DNA of 64,000 bases from a candidate division WOR-3 bacterium (GTDB lineage: Bacteria; Hydrothermota; Tepidihabitantia; SM23-42; JAOAFX01), in NCBI GenBank assembly GCA_037443805.1, contig JBBINQ010000010.1:172-64171 (forward strand). The letters run 5' to 3'. The notes under the pieces are model-generated. The model saw only the letters and a program-made list of their open reading frames with translations, had not been told where the DNA came from and did no database searches. Shown piece by piece: positions 1-9,276 of this stretch (the first letter of the stretch is position 1; each line of letters starts with the position of its first letter). The position numbers were made by a program, and so were the translations under genes.

Positions 1-2255
1 GGACAAAATTTATTATTGTTGTTCCATCAGTTGCTATAAAAGAAGGAGTCTTAAAAACATTAGATATCACAAAAGAACATTTCAAACAAGTTTATGAGAA
101 TTTACCTTATACCTATTTCCCTTATAAGTCCGACAATTTAGTAATGGTTAGAATGTTTGGGCAGGATACAAATTTACAAATAATGGTTATTACAAGAGAT
201 GCCTTCAACAAGGATATAAATATAATCCATAATGTTCACGATAAAATGGGAGATAAACCAATTGAAATTATCAAAAAGACAAATCCTATTGTTATCCTTG
301 ACGAACCTCAAAAGATGGGCGGGGAGGCAACACAATGGGGAGTATCAGAATTAAATCCACTTTTTGTCCTGCGTTATTCTGCAACTCACAGAGATATTTA
401 TAATCTTGTTTATAAACTAACTCCTTATGATGCATATAATTTAGGGCTTGTTAAAAAAATAGAAGTTCTTTCCATTATCGAAGAAGGAAATGTAAGAAGT
501 AAAAAAATTATTTTAGAAAAGATAGAATCAAAATCAAGTGGGTTAAAAGCGAAAGTTAAGTGTTTCGTTAAAACAAAAGAAGGCATAAAACTTAAAACTA
601 TAACCATTAAAAACGGTGATGACTTAGCGAAGAAAACGGATAATTCTTATTACGAAGGTTTTGTTGTAAGTGAAATAAACAAAGGTGTAGGGTATATTTC
701 TTTCTCTAATGGTGTGAAAATTTACGAAGGAAAATCTTCAATAGATGAAGATGAGATAATTCGTTTTATGGTAAGGGAAACAATAAGGGAACATTTAGAT
801 AAAAAAAGACAGTTAAATCCCAAAGGGATTAAAGTATTAAGTTTATTTTTCTTAAACCGGGTTGATGATTATTTGTCAGAAGATGGAATTGTCCGACGAA
901 TGTTTGAAGAAGAATTTAACAAACTTGTTAAAGATGGATTTAAAGAATTTTCAAATTTAGATGTCCAAAAGATTCATAGTGGATATTTTTCAAAGATGAA
1001 AAAGGATAAAAGTATTGAAGAAGACGAATCAGCATACGATTTGATTATGAAGGATAAAGAAAGATTACTTTCATTGGAAGAACCTGTTGAATTTATTTTT
1101 TCTCATTCTGCATTAAGAGAGGGTTGGGATAATCCTAATGTATTTAATATCTGTACACTTGCATATTCTTCTTCAGAAATTAAAAAAAGGCAGGAAATTG
1201 GTAGAGGTTTAAGATTGCCTGTTGACCAATATGGAAATAGAATTCAGGATAGAGATATAAATTTATTGACTGTCGTCACAAATGAAAGTTATAGGGAATA
1301 TTTAGAAAAGTTGCAGATAGAATATAGAGAAGAAGCGGGCGTTGAAGCTCCACCTGTTGAAGAAAGAAAACAAAGGGTAAAAATAAAGCGTAAGGATGAA
1401 GTTCTTCAAGGGGATTTATTTAGAAATTTATGGGCTCGGCTTTCTCTGAAGGCAAAATATATTGTCAATTTAGAGGATGACAAATTCATAGAGCAATGTA
1501 TTAAAGAAATAGAAAAGATTGAGATAAAAGAGCCGGAGATAAGCATCAAAAAAGTTAGAGTGGATAAAATCAAGTCCGAAGAGATTGAAGAGGAATTTAT
1601 TAGAGAGGCATCGGAAAAAACAGAAATAACTAAAGTTTTTAATATCATAAAATTTATTGAAAAAGAAACCAATTTGACTAAAAGTACAATATTCAAAATA
1701 TTAGAGCGTTCTAAAAATCTTGGCCTTTTATTTTTGAATCCTCAAAAATATGCAGAAAAGGTTATAGAGGTTATTAAGGAGTGTAAAAGAACATCTGAGG
1801 TTGAGGGTATTAAATATATTAATCTTGGAGAAGGTTATGATGTTGGTCTTCTAAGGGAGGAAGTAGAGAGTTACGGCAAGTATGTATTAAAAGTTCAAAA
1901 ATCAATTTATGATGGAATAATTAAAGAATCAAATATAGAAGAAGAGTTTGCTAAAGCACTTGATAAAGACTCCCGGATAAAATTATTCATAAAACTACCT
2001 GACTGGTATTCAATAGAAACACCGGCAGGAAACTACATACCCGACTGGGCGATTGTAGTAGAAAGAACACGGGATAACAAGAAAGAGGAAAAAATTTACT
2101 TTGTAGTTGAAACCAAAGGAACTAGCAATATTTATGAATTGAAACCTGAAGAGCAAATTAAAATAAGAAGTGCTAAAAAGAGGTTTGAACTTATAAGAGA
2201 TTCAAAGTTTGTTGCTCCTGTTAAGGATTTTGATAGTTTTGAGAAGGAGTGGTGA
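1..2255 (+). CDS. Type III restriction enzyme Res subunit-like helicase/endonuclease. It is 5'-truncated by the window edge, because the frame is open back to nt 3.
   Basis: Helicase motif II-like ILDEPQ and motif VI QEIGRGLR are present. The C-terminal PD-(D/E)xK module reads PDWAIVV...YFVVETKG (D...ExK). No stop lies between the window start and the ORF-track ATG at 144. Confidence 0.55.
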   Translation, partial: TKFIIVVPSVAIKEGVLKTLDITKEHFKQVYENLPYTYFPYKSDNLVMVRMFGQDTNLQIMVITRDAFNKDINIIHNVHDKMGDKPIEIIKKTNPIVILDEPQKMGGEATQWGVSELNPLFVLRYSATHRDIYNLVYKLTPYDAYNLGLVKKIEVLSIIEEGNVRSKKIILEKIESKSSGLKAKVKCFVKTKEGIKLKTITIKNGDDLAKKTDNSYYEGFVVSEINKGVGYISFSNGVKIYEGKSSIDEDEIIRFMVRETIREHLDKKRQLNPKGIKVLSLFFLNRVDDYLSEDGIVRRMFEEEFNKLVKDGFKEFSNLDVQKIHSGYFSKMKKDKSIEEDESAYDLIMKDKERLLSLEEPVEFIFSHSALREGWDNPNVFNICTLAYSSSEIKKRQEIGRGLRLPVDQYGNRIQDRDINLLTVVTNESYREYLEKLQIEYREEAGVEAPPVEERKQRVKIKRKDEVLQGDLFRNLWARLSLKAKYIVNLEDDKFIEQCIKEIEKIEIKEPEISIKKVRVDKIKSEEIEEEFIREASEKTEITKVFNIIKFIEKETNLTKSTIFKILERSKNLGLLFLNPQKYAEKVIEVIKECKRTSEVEGIKYINLGEGYDVGLLREEVESYGKYVLKVQKSIYDGIIKESNIEEEFAKALDKDSRIKLFIKLPDWYSIETPAGNYIPDWAIVVERTRDNKKEEKIYFVVETKGTSNIYELKPEEQIKIRSAKKRFELIRDSKFVAPVKDFDSFEKEW

Positions 2256-2410
2256 AATAGAATTAAATGATACTGTATGGATAGATCTCTTCACATAATA
2301 CAGCATAAAAGGTTTGTGCATTATGGTATTTACCTCAACTTCACCTTTAGTGTGAATTATTTATGGCTTTACTTTTTTTTATATTTTCCCTGTAAGGGGG
2401 TTATAATAAA

Positions 2411-3247
2411 ATGAATGATTTACAAACATTTCCAAAGGTAAGGCATATATTCACCCTCTATGATTTACTTGGATATTTTATTCCGGGTGCAACACTTCTT
2501 ATAGCAGTAGGTATAAAAAAATTTTCAACTGAAATTTTAAATCTACTAATCGGCAGCAATGTAGAAGGAAATTTAATAAAAATAATTGCGCAATTCAAAG
2601 AAAACTGGATAGTTTGGGTAGGCATTAGTCTTGTTATAACATATTTGACAGGGCATGTGATCGCTGCATTGAGTAGTATGTTATTAGAGAAATTAATAGT
2701 AGGTAAATTTTTGCAGTATCCTACATTTAATATGCTTAAAACTAAAGATGATTCAAAAAAATATCAGCAATTTTCTCACTGGTTTTGGTTTAATCTTATG
2801 CTTGGATATCGAGGCTCAATGGGCACTGAGACAGTAGCTTTATTCAAAAAGATTTTTATTGCTACCTTTAGCGATGACGGCGAAAGAATAATAGAAAAGG
2901 ATAGATTCAATGTCTTCGCACTTTGTTTCGCTCAAATAAAAGAAAAATGCCCAATAACATATGAAAGGGTTATGAATTATGTTAGCGCATACGGTTTTTC
3001 GCGCAATTCTGCAATGGCATTTGTTATCGCCGCAGTATTAGTAATTTGTGTATTCCCGCCAAATTATTTCTATTTTGTAATATATATAATTATTTCATTT
3101 CTATTATTTAGACAATATTTGAAATTTTTAAGAAGAGTGAATGACGAAGTTTTCTTCCAATTTATAATAATAAATTGGCCCATATATACAAGAGATGTTC
3201 ATAAATCTATCCAGGTAATTTTAGATAAAAATCAGTTGAAATTTTAG
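2411..3247 (+). CDS. Hypothetical polytopic membrane protein of unknown function
   Basis: 278-aa ORF with several hydrophobic segments and no recognisable motif. It is preceded by an AT-rich RBS (aagggggttataataaaATG). Confidence 0.4.
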   Translation: MNDLQTFPKVRHIFTLYDLLGYFIPGATLLIAVGIKKFSTEILNLLIGSNVEGNLIKIIAQFKENWIVWVGISLVITYLTGHVIAALSSMLLEKLIVGKFLQYPTFNMLKTKDDSKKYQQFSHWFWFNLMLGYRGSMGTETVALFKKIFIATFSDDGERIIEKDRFNVFALCFAQIKEKCPITYERVMNYVSAYGFSRNSAMAFVIAAVLVICVFPPNYFYFVIYIIISFLLFRQYLKFLRRVNDEVFFQFIIINWPIYTRDVHKSIQVILDKNQLKF

Positions 3248-3592
3248 ATAAAAAGTATGTGATAGTTTTAAAATGGCGGAGGTGTAATTTTTTATCACCG
3301 ATAAAAAAAAGACCGAAGGGTATTTATTCTTTTGAGAAAAACTCTTTTTTTATATTGGAAAACAATTTCTGGGCTTTGGTCAAACATGTTACTGCACCTT
3401 AAAGTTTTTTTTCTGCCAGCTCAAGTTCATCAGTTAAAACCCAAGTTCAGATTCTGTAGTAATCCAATACATTTGCATAATTACCAAGAAAATTATAAGC
3501 ACTACCAAGATTATTTATACAATTGCCGCCCAAGGAAAATCCCCATACTCCCCATTTGAAAAAGGGGGATTAAGGTTCAGCAATCTCTTATC

Positions 3593-3620
3593 TTGACATA
3601 AATTTTTTGTTCATTATAAT
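3593..3620 (+). promoter_or_regulatory. Near-consensus sigma70 promoter: TTGACA, 16-bp spacer, TATAAT. It sits 10 nt before the ATG at 3630 and would give a leaderless or very short-leader mRNA.
   Basis: The sequence cTTGACAtaaattttttgttcatTATAATcataaaactATG is read directly. Confidence 0.5.
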
Positions 3621-3629
3621 CATAAAACT

Positions 3630-5354
3630 ATGCGTGGGAAAAAGGTTCGGGATAAATCAAAAATTATTCACCAGAAATCTACTTCTACAAAAAAATCTTT
3701 AATACTGATATTAATAGTAATAATTGGATTAGGCTCTTTTCTAAGGATATGGGGCATTAACTGGGGAATACCGCAAAAACCCTATTGGCGGCCTTTGTAT
3801 CAAGATGAAGCATTTATAATAGGGATGCTATTGCGTATGAATCCCCAGGATTTAAATCCGCATTATTTTATAAATCCTTCTTTCCATTACTACACAATTT
3901 TAATCTCAATAAAAATAGCGCAGGCTTTTGGCTATGCAAAAACCTTTTCTCAACCTGTGAAACTTAATCTTTATGGCTTGCCCACGGAGAAAACCATACT
4001 TAAGGACTATCGAGAAATCTTTATTATTGCACGATTACTGGCAGTAATAGAAGGGATATTATCACTTTTGTTAGTCTATTATATTGCGACAAAACTGTAT
4101 GGTCAAAAAACAGGCATACTGACAACCGCCATTTTTTCTATCCTTCCCACGCCCGCATTTCAAATGCACTTCTTTGTTGCAGATGGTCCCGCATTATTCT
4201 GGGCATTGCTGGCATTGGCATATTTAGTAAAAGTTCATCAAAGATCTGATATCCCTAAAACATGGTTTGTAGTCTCAGGAATCTTTCTTGGCTTAGCAAT
4301 TGGTGCAAAATATTTGAATATTTTATTGATTTTCCCGTTTTTAACAATAGTGCTATTAAATTTACGATTACCTAAAAGAAAATTGATTTTTAATTTAATC
4401 ATTACCTTAATTATTATAATCTTATTTTTTTTAATAACCACTCCGCATGCACTAATTTCCTGGAAAGAATTCCTTTTTGGAAACGAAGAAGAATTTGGCG
4501 GCATATTTGGTAGTGCTGGTTTACTTGCATACAATCGTTATCCAGCAAATTTTTTAAAACCATTCACTATCGGACTCTATTATTCATTGAGATTGCCACT
4601 GTTTCTAATTGCTATTTGTAGTTTCTTTTTTTCTTTATATTTTCGTAGACCAGCATCATTGATTCTCCTTTCATTTATTATCCCCTTTTATGTAATAATG
4701 ATAATCAGCCCTTCACCCCATTTAAGGCATACCTTGCCGGTATTGCCATTCTTTGCAATAATGATGGCACACTTTATCACAGCAATATTGCGTATGCTTA
4801 AAAATTTTTATCTCAAATATCTGACGGGTTTCTGTTTATTAATTTCTCTTTTGTATACATTTTTTTACACCTTAGCTTTTATTCAAAGGATGACCCACAA
4901 AGACACGCGTATCGCATGTGCTGATTGGTTCTTTAATAATGTTTTATCTGGCACAAGTATTGGTGCACCTACAATAATGCCATTTCGTTATACACCTCCT
5001 CTTGAATGGCGAGAATATAACGGCAACAAATTGGCACCAAAAGATGATGACCTTCTGGCAAACCCACCTTTTGCAGGGATAAAGACAAATTATGATTATG
5101 AATTTCTTAAAGCTTTAGTTCCTGAATACTTTATTATTACGCAGGCTGAAATTGAGGAACATCCATACTCAACATTCAGTGAATTTCAGAGCAGAACATT
5201 TGTGAAACGCTTGTTTAAAGAAGAAGATTATCAATTAATAAAGGTATTTAAACAAGACTTTAAAATTCTAAGTATTAAATGTAAACCCGATTTTCCAAAT
5301 ATAGATTGGAATCCAGTAAGTCAGGAAATTTATCTTTTCAAATTAAAATATTGA
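3630..5354 (+). CDS. ArnT/PMT-like integral-membrane glycosyltransferase (GT39/GT83-type, 4-amino-arabinose/mannosyl-transferase family)
   Basis: 574 aa with more than 10 predicted TM helices. The N-terminal loop DEAFIIGMLLRMNPQDLNPHYFINPSFHYY resembles the PMT_2/ArnT family. It ends with TGA. Confidence 0.45.
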   Translation: MRGKKVRDKSKIIHQKSTSTKKSLILILIVIIGLGSFLRIWGINWGIPQKPYWRPLYQDEAFIIGMLLRMNPQDLNPHYFINPSFHYYTILISIKIAQAFGYAKTFSQPVKLNLYGLPTEKTILKDYREIFIIARLLAVIEGILSLLLVYYIATKLYGQKTGILTTAIFSILPTPAFQMHFFVADGPALFWALLALAYLVKVHQRSDIPKTWFVVSGIFLGLAIGAKYLNILLIFPFLTIVLLNLRLPKRKLIFNLIITLIIIILFFLITTPHALISWKEFLFGNEEEFGGIFGSAGLLAYNRYPANFLKPFTIGLYYSLRLPLFLIAICSFFFSLYFRRPASLILLSFIIPFYVIMIISPSPHLRHTLPVLPFFAIMMAHFITAILRMLKNFYLKYLTGFCLLISLLYTFFYTLAFIQRMTHKDTRIACADWFFNNVLSGTSIGAPTIMPFRYTPPLEWREYNGNKLAPKDDDLLANPPFAGIKTNYDYEFLKALVPEYFIITQAEIEEHPYSTFSEFQSRTFVKRLFKEEDYQLIKVFKQDFKILSIKCKPDFPNIDWNPVSQEIYLFKLKY

Positions 5355-5456
5355 ATAACATATTCCACTAATTTACAATAATATAATTAGCCACAAAATT
5401 TTTATTATTATTCATCAAATTATTGACATAATAAAAGAAATGTATATTATATAGAT

Positions 5457-6571
5457 ATGTTTAGAGTTCTCAAGAAAGACCAAAACACGATGGCACGTGT
5501 TGGTCTTTTGAAAACTAAATCTTTCTCTGTAACAACACCAAATTTTATGCCGGTGGCAACGCAGGGAACAGTAAAAACACTCTCACCAGATGATTTAAAA
5601 AAAATTGGCGTAGAAATTATTGTGTGCAATACCTATCATCTGATGCAGAGACCCGGAACTGCCCTGATAAAAAAGCTGGGAGGATTGCACAAATTTATTG
5701 GTTGGACAGGAGCAATTCTCACTGACTCAGGAGGGTTCCAGGCATACTCTTTAAGTGAATTAAGAAAAGTGAATGATGATGCTTTAACATTCTCTTCGCA
5801 CATAGATGGTTCTCGTATAACATTGAGCCCGGAAACAGCCATAGAAATACAGAGAGATTTAGGAACTGATATTGCAATGTGCCTTGATTTTTTTACACCC
5901 TATCCATCAGAGTTTATTGAAGCAAGAATTGCCGTTGAAAGAACTGTAAAATGGGCAAAACAGAGTCTGAATGTAAAAAAAAACCGCCTTTATTTGCTAT
6001 TATACAGGGCGCGACATTCAAAGATTTACGCAGGGAATGTGCCCAGCGCCTTCTGGAATTAAAATTCCCCGGCTACGGCATCGGTGGATTGATGATTGGT
6101 GAACCATCAACCCTAACCATGGAAATGGTAAAAGAAACAAATCAGGTCATTCCTGAAAGCAAGGTTCGTTATTTAATGGGATGTGGATACCCTGAAGATA
6201 TTGTTGAGGCAGTAAGTCTTGGGGTTGACCTATTTGATTGTGTCTTACCCACCAGAAATGGTAGAACCGGTATGGCATTTACCTCAGAAGGAAAGATTAT
6301 TATCAAGAGTAGCCGCTATGCCCAGGACAAAAGTCCCTTAGATAAGAACTGCCAATGTTATACCTGCCAGAATTTTTCCCGTGCTTATCTACGACATCTC
6401 TTTAATGCAGGTGAAGCGCTGGCTGGCAGGCTGGTAAGCTATCACAATATCAAATTTTATATTGACCTTATGCACAAAATCCAATATTACATAAAAAGAG
6501 GCGAATACGATAAATTTCTGCAAAAAACAAGGAATTTATTTAACTTTCGTCAGGAAGGCAATAATGTTTAA
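5457..6571 (+). CDS. tgt: Queuine tRNA-ribosyltransferase (tRNA-guanine transglycosylase). It is split by a frameshift inside an A9 homopolymer at 5975-5983. The N-terminal part is the 5457-6062 ORF and the C-terminal part is the 5951-6571 ORF.
   Basis: The N-terminal part reads ...TPNFMPVATQGTVKTL...LTDSGGFQ. The C-terminal part has LFAIIQGATFKDLR and the Zn motif CQCYTCQ...H. The two ORFs overlap at gtaaaaaaaaacc. Confidence 0.8.
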
Positions 6572-6579
6572 CTTGCCTC

Positions 6580-6607
6580 TTGACATTCTTGTAATTATAT
6601 ATATAAT
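6580..6607 (+). promoter_or_regulatory. Sigma70-like promoter for the pil operon: TTGACA, 16 bp, TATAAT. A GGGGAATTGCCCC palindrome at 6623-6635 lies in the leader.
   Basis: The sequence cTTGACAttcttgtaattatataTATAATattaaaatttaattaGGGGAATTGCCCC, followed by aaggagtgaatATG, is read directly. Confidence 0.45.
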
Positions 6608-6676
6608 ATTAAAATTTAATTAGGGGAATTGCCCCGTGCGAAGTTTGTTAAATAATTTAGACAAAAAAGCAAAGGA

Positions 6677-7723
6677 GTGAATATGTTCGGGAAAAAGAAA
6701 AGAGTGATCGGTCTTGATATTGGATCAAGTCAAACAAAGATTGTTGAGCTTTCGCCAGGTAAAACTAAAAAACTTATTAATTATGGCATTTCAAAAATAT
6801 TGCCAGATGCGATTGTAGAAGGTGAAATCATTGACCGGGAAGCGGTCCTTGATTCAATCAGAACACTGCTTGAATCCCGCAATATCACCACCAAGGATGT
6901 GGTAATTGGCCTTGCAGGAAGAGATGTGATTATTAAACGAATTGTAATGGACCGGCTTAGTGAAGCAGAAACGAGGGAGCACATAAAATGGGAAGCAGAA
7001 CAGTATGTTCCTTTTGATATTCAAGAGGTAGAACTTGATTTTTATGTTATCAATCCAAACTTTGGCGAAAATCAACAAGAAATCGTTATTGTTGCGGCAA
7101 AAAAAGAATTGATCAATAATCTGACAACTTTACTAAAAGACCTGAATCTCAACCCGGTAATCATTGACACCGCCGCATTTGCCATCCAGAATGCTTACGA
7201 ATACAATTATCAACCAAGCCCTGATGAATCCATTGGGCTATTGAATATCGGCGCGGGAATGACAATAATTAATGTAATAAAGGGTGGTAGTTCATTATTG
7301 GCACGAGATGTGTACTATGGCGTGAACTCTTATATCAATAAATTACAAAAAGAGATCGGTTTCAACTACGAAGATGCCGCAAATGCAGTGAAAGGGACAA
7401 TACCGGTAGGTGCTTCTCAGGATTCTATCCAGGGTGTATTTGAATCATTTGTGAATGACCTGAGCACCCAGATTGAAAGAAGTTTGCAGTTTCTTTCAAC
7501 TGTAACTGGTGAAGAAAAGGTTAATAAGATGTTCATCACTGGTGGTGGTGCATTAATCCCAAATCTTGTTGAATATTTGAAACGCAGGTTAAATGTAAAT
7601 GTTGAAGTCTTTAACCCGTTCAAAAATATTCTTTATGACCCCACGATATTCGCACCCGAAGGGGTTGATGTAATTGGTCCAATTTTAACCCAGGCAGTTG
7701 GTCTTGCATTAAGGGGGGACTAA
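6677..7723 (+). CDS. pilM: Type IV pilus assembly ATPase-like protein PilM
   Basis: The N-terminus VIGLDIGSSQTKIVEL has an actin-like fold. Gene order is pilM-N-O-P-Q. Confidence 0.85.
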   Translation: MNMFGKKKRVIGLDIGSSQTKIVELSPGKTKKLINYGISKILPDAIVEGEIIDREAVLDSIRTLLESRNITTKDVVIGLAGRDVIIKRIVMDRLSEAETREHIKWEAEQYVPFDIQEVELDFYVINPNFGENQQEIVIVAAKKELINNLTTLLKDLNLNPVIIDTAAFAIQNAYEYNYQPSPDESIGLLNIGAGMTIINVIKGGSSLLARDVYYGVNSYINKLQKEIGFNYEDAANAVKGTIPVGASQDSIQGVFESFVNDLSTQIERSLQFLSTVTGEEKVNKMFITGGGALIPNLVEYLKRRLNVNVEVFNPFKNILYDPTIFAPEGVDVIGPILTQAVGLALRGD

Positions 7724-8328
7724 TGATAAAAATAGATCTATCGCCAAGCCCTAAAAAGGGCAAGGTAACAAAAGCCAAACCTGCAAAACCCGGTGCACCT
7801 CCAATTAAATTGCCGTCAATAAAATTAGGTGCTGTCTATATTCTGGGTATTGTAGTAGTTGTGGTTATAATCGCCATTTTGCTGATTATTCAATCCAGTA
7901 AAATTGGCGGGCTAAATCGTAATATTAACGAATTAAGGACACGGCTTGATGAATTAAAGGTTTATGTTGCTACTGTTGATAGTCTTAAAAAACGAGAAAA
8001 AGAATTGACCGCACTCATTTCACCGATTCGTGAACTGAATCAAAATCGTTTTTTAATTGCCCATATCCTTGACGAAATTTCAGCCCGCATTCCAGAATTC
8101 ACCTGGCTAACAATGTTAAATGTGACTTCCCAGAATATAAGTATTAAAGGTACTACTGCTTCAAATCTCCTGGTTGCTGATTTTATGAATCGGCTTGAAG
8201 AATCTCCCTACATCGCAAATGTTGACCTTACAGTTCTGGAAAAGAAGACGATTGAAAAACAAGAGATGATGGAATTTACCCTTACCGCAAATGTTAAGAT
8301 AGATACAATACAGGGAGGTAGCAAATGA
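7723..8328 (+). CDS. pilN: Type IV pilus inner-membrane component PilN
   Basis: Single N-terminal TM (VYILGIVVVVVIIAILLII) followed by a coiled coil. ATGA start overlaps the pilM stop. Confidence 0.7.
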   Translation: MIKIDLSPSPKKGKVTKAKPAKPGAPPIKLPSIKLGAVYILGIVVVVVIIAILLIIQSSKIGGLNRNINELRTRLDELKVYVATVDSLKKREKELTALISPIRELNQNRFLIAHILDEISARIPEFTWLTMLNVTSQNISIKGTTASNLLVADFMNRLEESPYIANVDLTVLEKKTIEKQEMMEFTLTANVKIDTIQGGSK

Positions 8329-8897
8329 ACTTAAAGGAACCTAAAACCCAGCAAACCATCGTATTTTTTGTGGTTTTAATCTTGGTGCTAATTCTGTTCT
8401 TCAGGTTTCCATTTACTTCAAATCAGCACAAAATAAAAAGTCTTGGAGCAAAAAAGGATTCATTACAGATAAAAGTTCAGGAGGCTGAAGCTGCAAAGGC
8501 GCGTTTACCTGAGCTACAGGCAAGAATCGCACGGCTTGAAGCAGAATGGGAGATTGCTAAAGAAATGTTGCCGCAGGAAAAAGAAATCCCAAAATTAATT
8601 CAACAGATCTCTAATTCCGGAACAAAAGCAGGTGTAAGTTTTCTCCTTTTCAAACCGAGTGGTCCTGTTCCCAAGGCAAATTACTCAGAAATACCAGTGC
8701 AGATAAAAATTGCATGTGGTTATCATCAACTGGGTAAATTCCTCTCTAATGTTGGAAACCTATCACGAATTGTAAATGTTCCGGCAATAAAGATTGCTCC
8801 AGGTAAGGACCGTAGTACTGAAGCAGAATTGCAAACAATAACATACACAGTTGCAAAAAAACAGGAGGTGCCAAGTGGTGCTCCACGCCGTCGGTAG
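8325..8897 (+). CDS. pilO: Type IV pilus assembly protein PilO
   Basis: N-terminal TM then a coiled coil (LQARIARLEAEWE). Position between pilN and pilP. Confidence 0.65.
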   Translation: MNLKEPKTQQTIVFFVVLILVLILFFRFPFTSNQHKIKSLGAKKDSLQIKVQEAEAAKARLPELQARIARLEAEWEIAKEMLPQEKEIPKLIQQISNSGTKAGVSFLLFKPSGPVPKANYSEIPVQIKIACGYHQLGKFLSNVGNLSRIVNVPAIKIAPGKDRSTEAELQTITYTVAKKQEVPSGAPRRR

Positions 8898-9273
8898 TAT
8901 TCTTTCATTACTTGTAATCTTCAATCAAGCACCCGCTGGTGATTCGTTATTCCCCGTAGAAAAGTACAATTATGAAGCAGCAGGACGTAGAGATCCATTT
9001 GTACCTCTTCTTGGTCTGGAACTGGGTGGTGGTAAGACCGGACATCTCAGCCCAGAAAATCTTCGTCTCATTGGTGTGCTATGGGGCGACCGCGGTTATT
9101 ATGCACTGGTAAAGGATGGACAGGATAATGGTTATATCTTGAAACGGGGAGATCGTGTTGCTGGTGGTCATGTGAGTGAAGTTAATCGCCAGGCAATAAT
9201 ATTTGAAATTATGCATGCAGGTGTAGTAACAAAATATGAGTTAAGGCTTCAAGAGGAAAAAGAAAGGAGGTAG
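8851..9273 (+). CDS. pilP: PilP-like pilus assembly protein. The start is uncertain.
   Basis: Signal-peptide-like N-terminus, a conserved RDPF motif, and about 140 aa. It lies directly upstream of the secretin gene. Confidence 0.45.
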   Translation: MQKNRRCQVVLHAVGSILSLLVIFNQAPAGDSLFPVEKYNYEAAGRRDPFVPLLGLELGGGKTGHLSPENLRLIGVLWGDRGYYALVKDGQDNGYILKRGDRVAGGHVSEVNRQAIIFEIMHAGVVTKYELRLQEEKERR

Positions 9274-9276
9274 ATT

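Noticed and set aside
3332-3559. 75-aa ORF in the 3248-3592 intergenic region
   Set aside because: No RBS, low-complexity AT-rich sequence, and it lies upstream of the promoter of the next gene. Likely spurious.
3556-3580. Possible terminator hairpin CCCCATTTgaaAAAGGGGG after the 2411-3247 gene
   Set aside because: The stem is imperfect, with an A/G clash, and there is no downstream U-tract.
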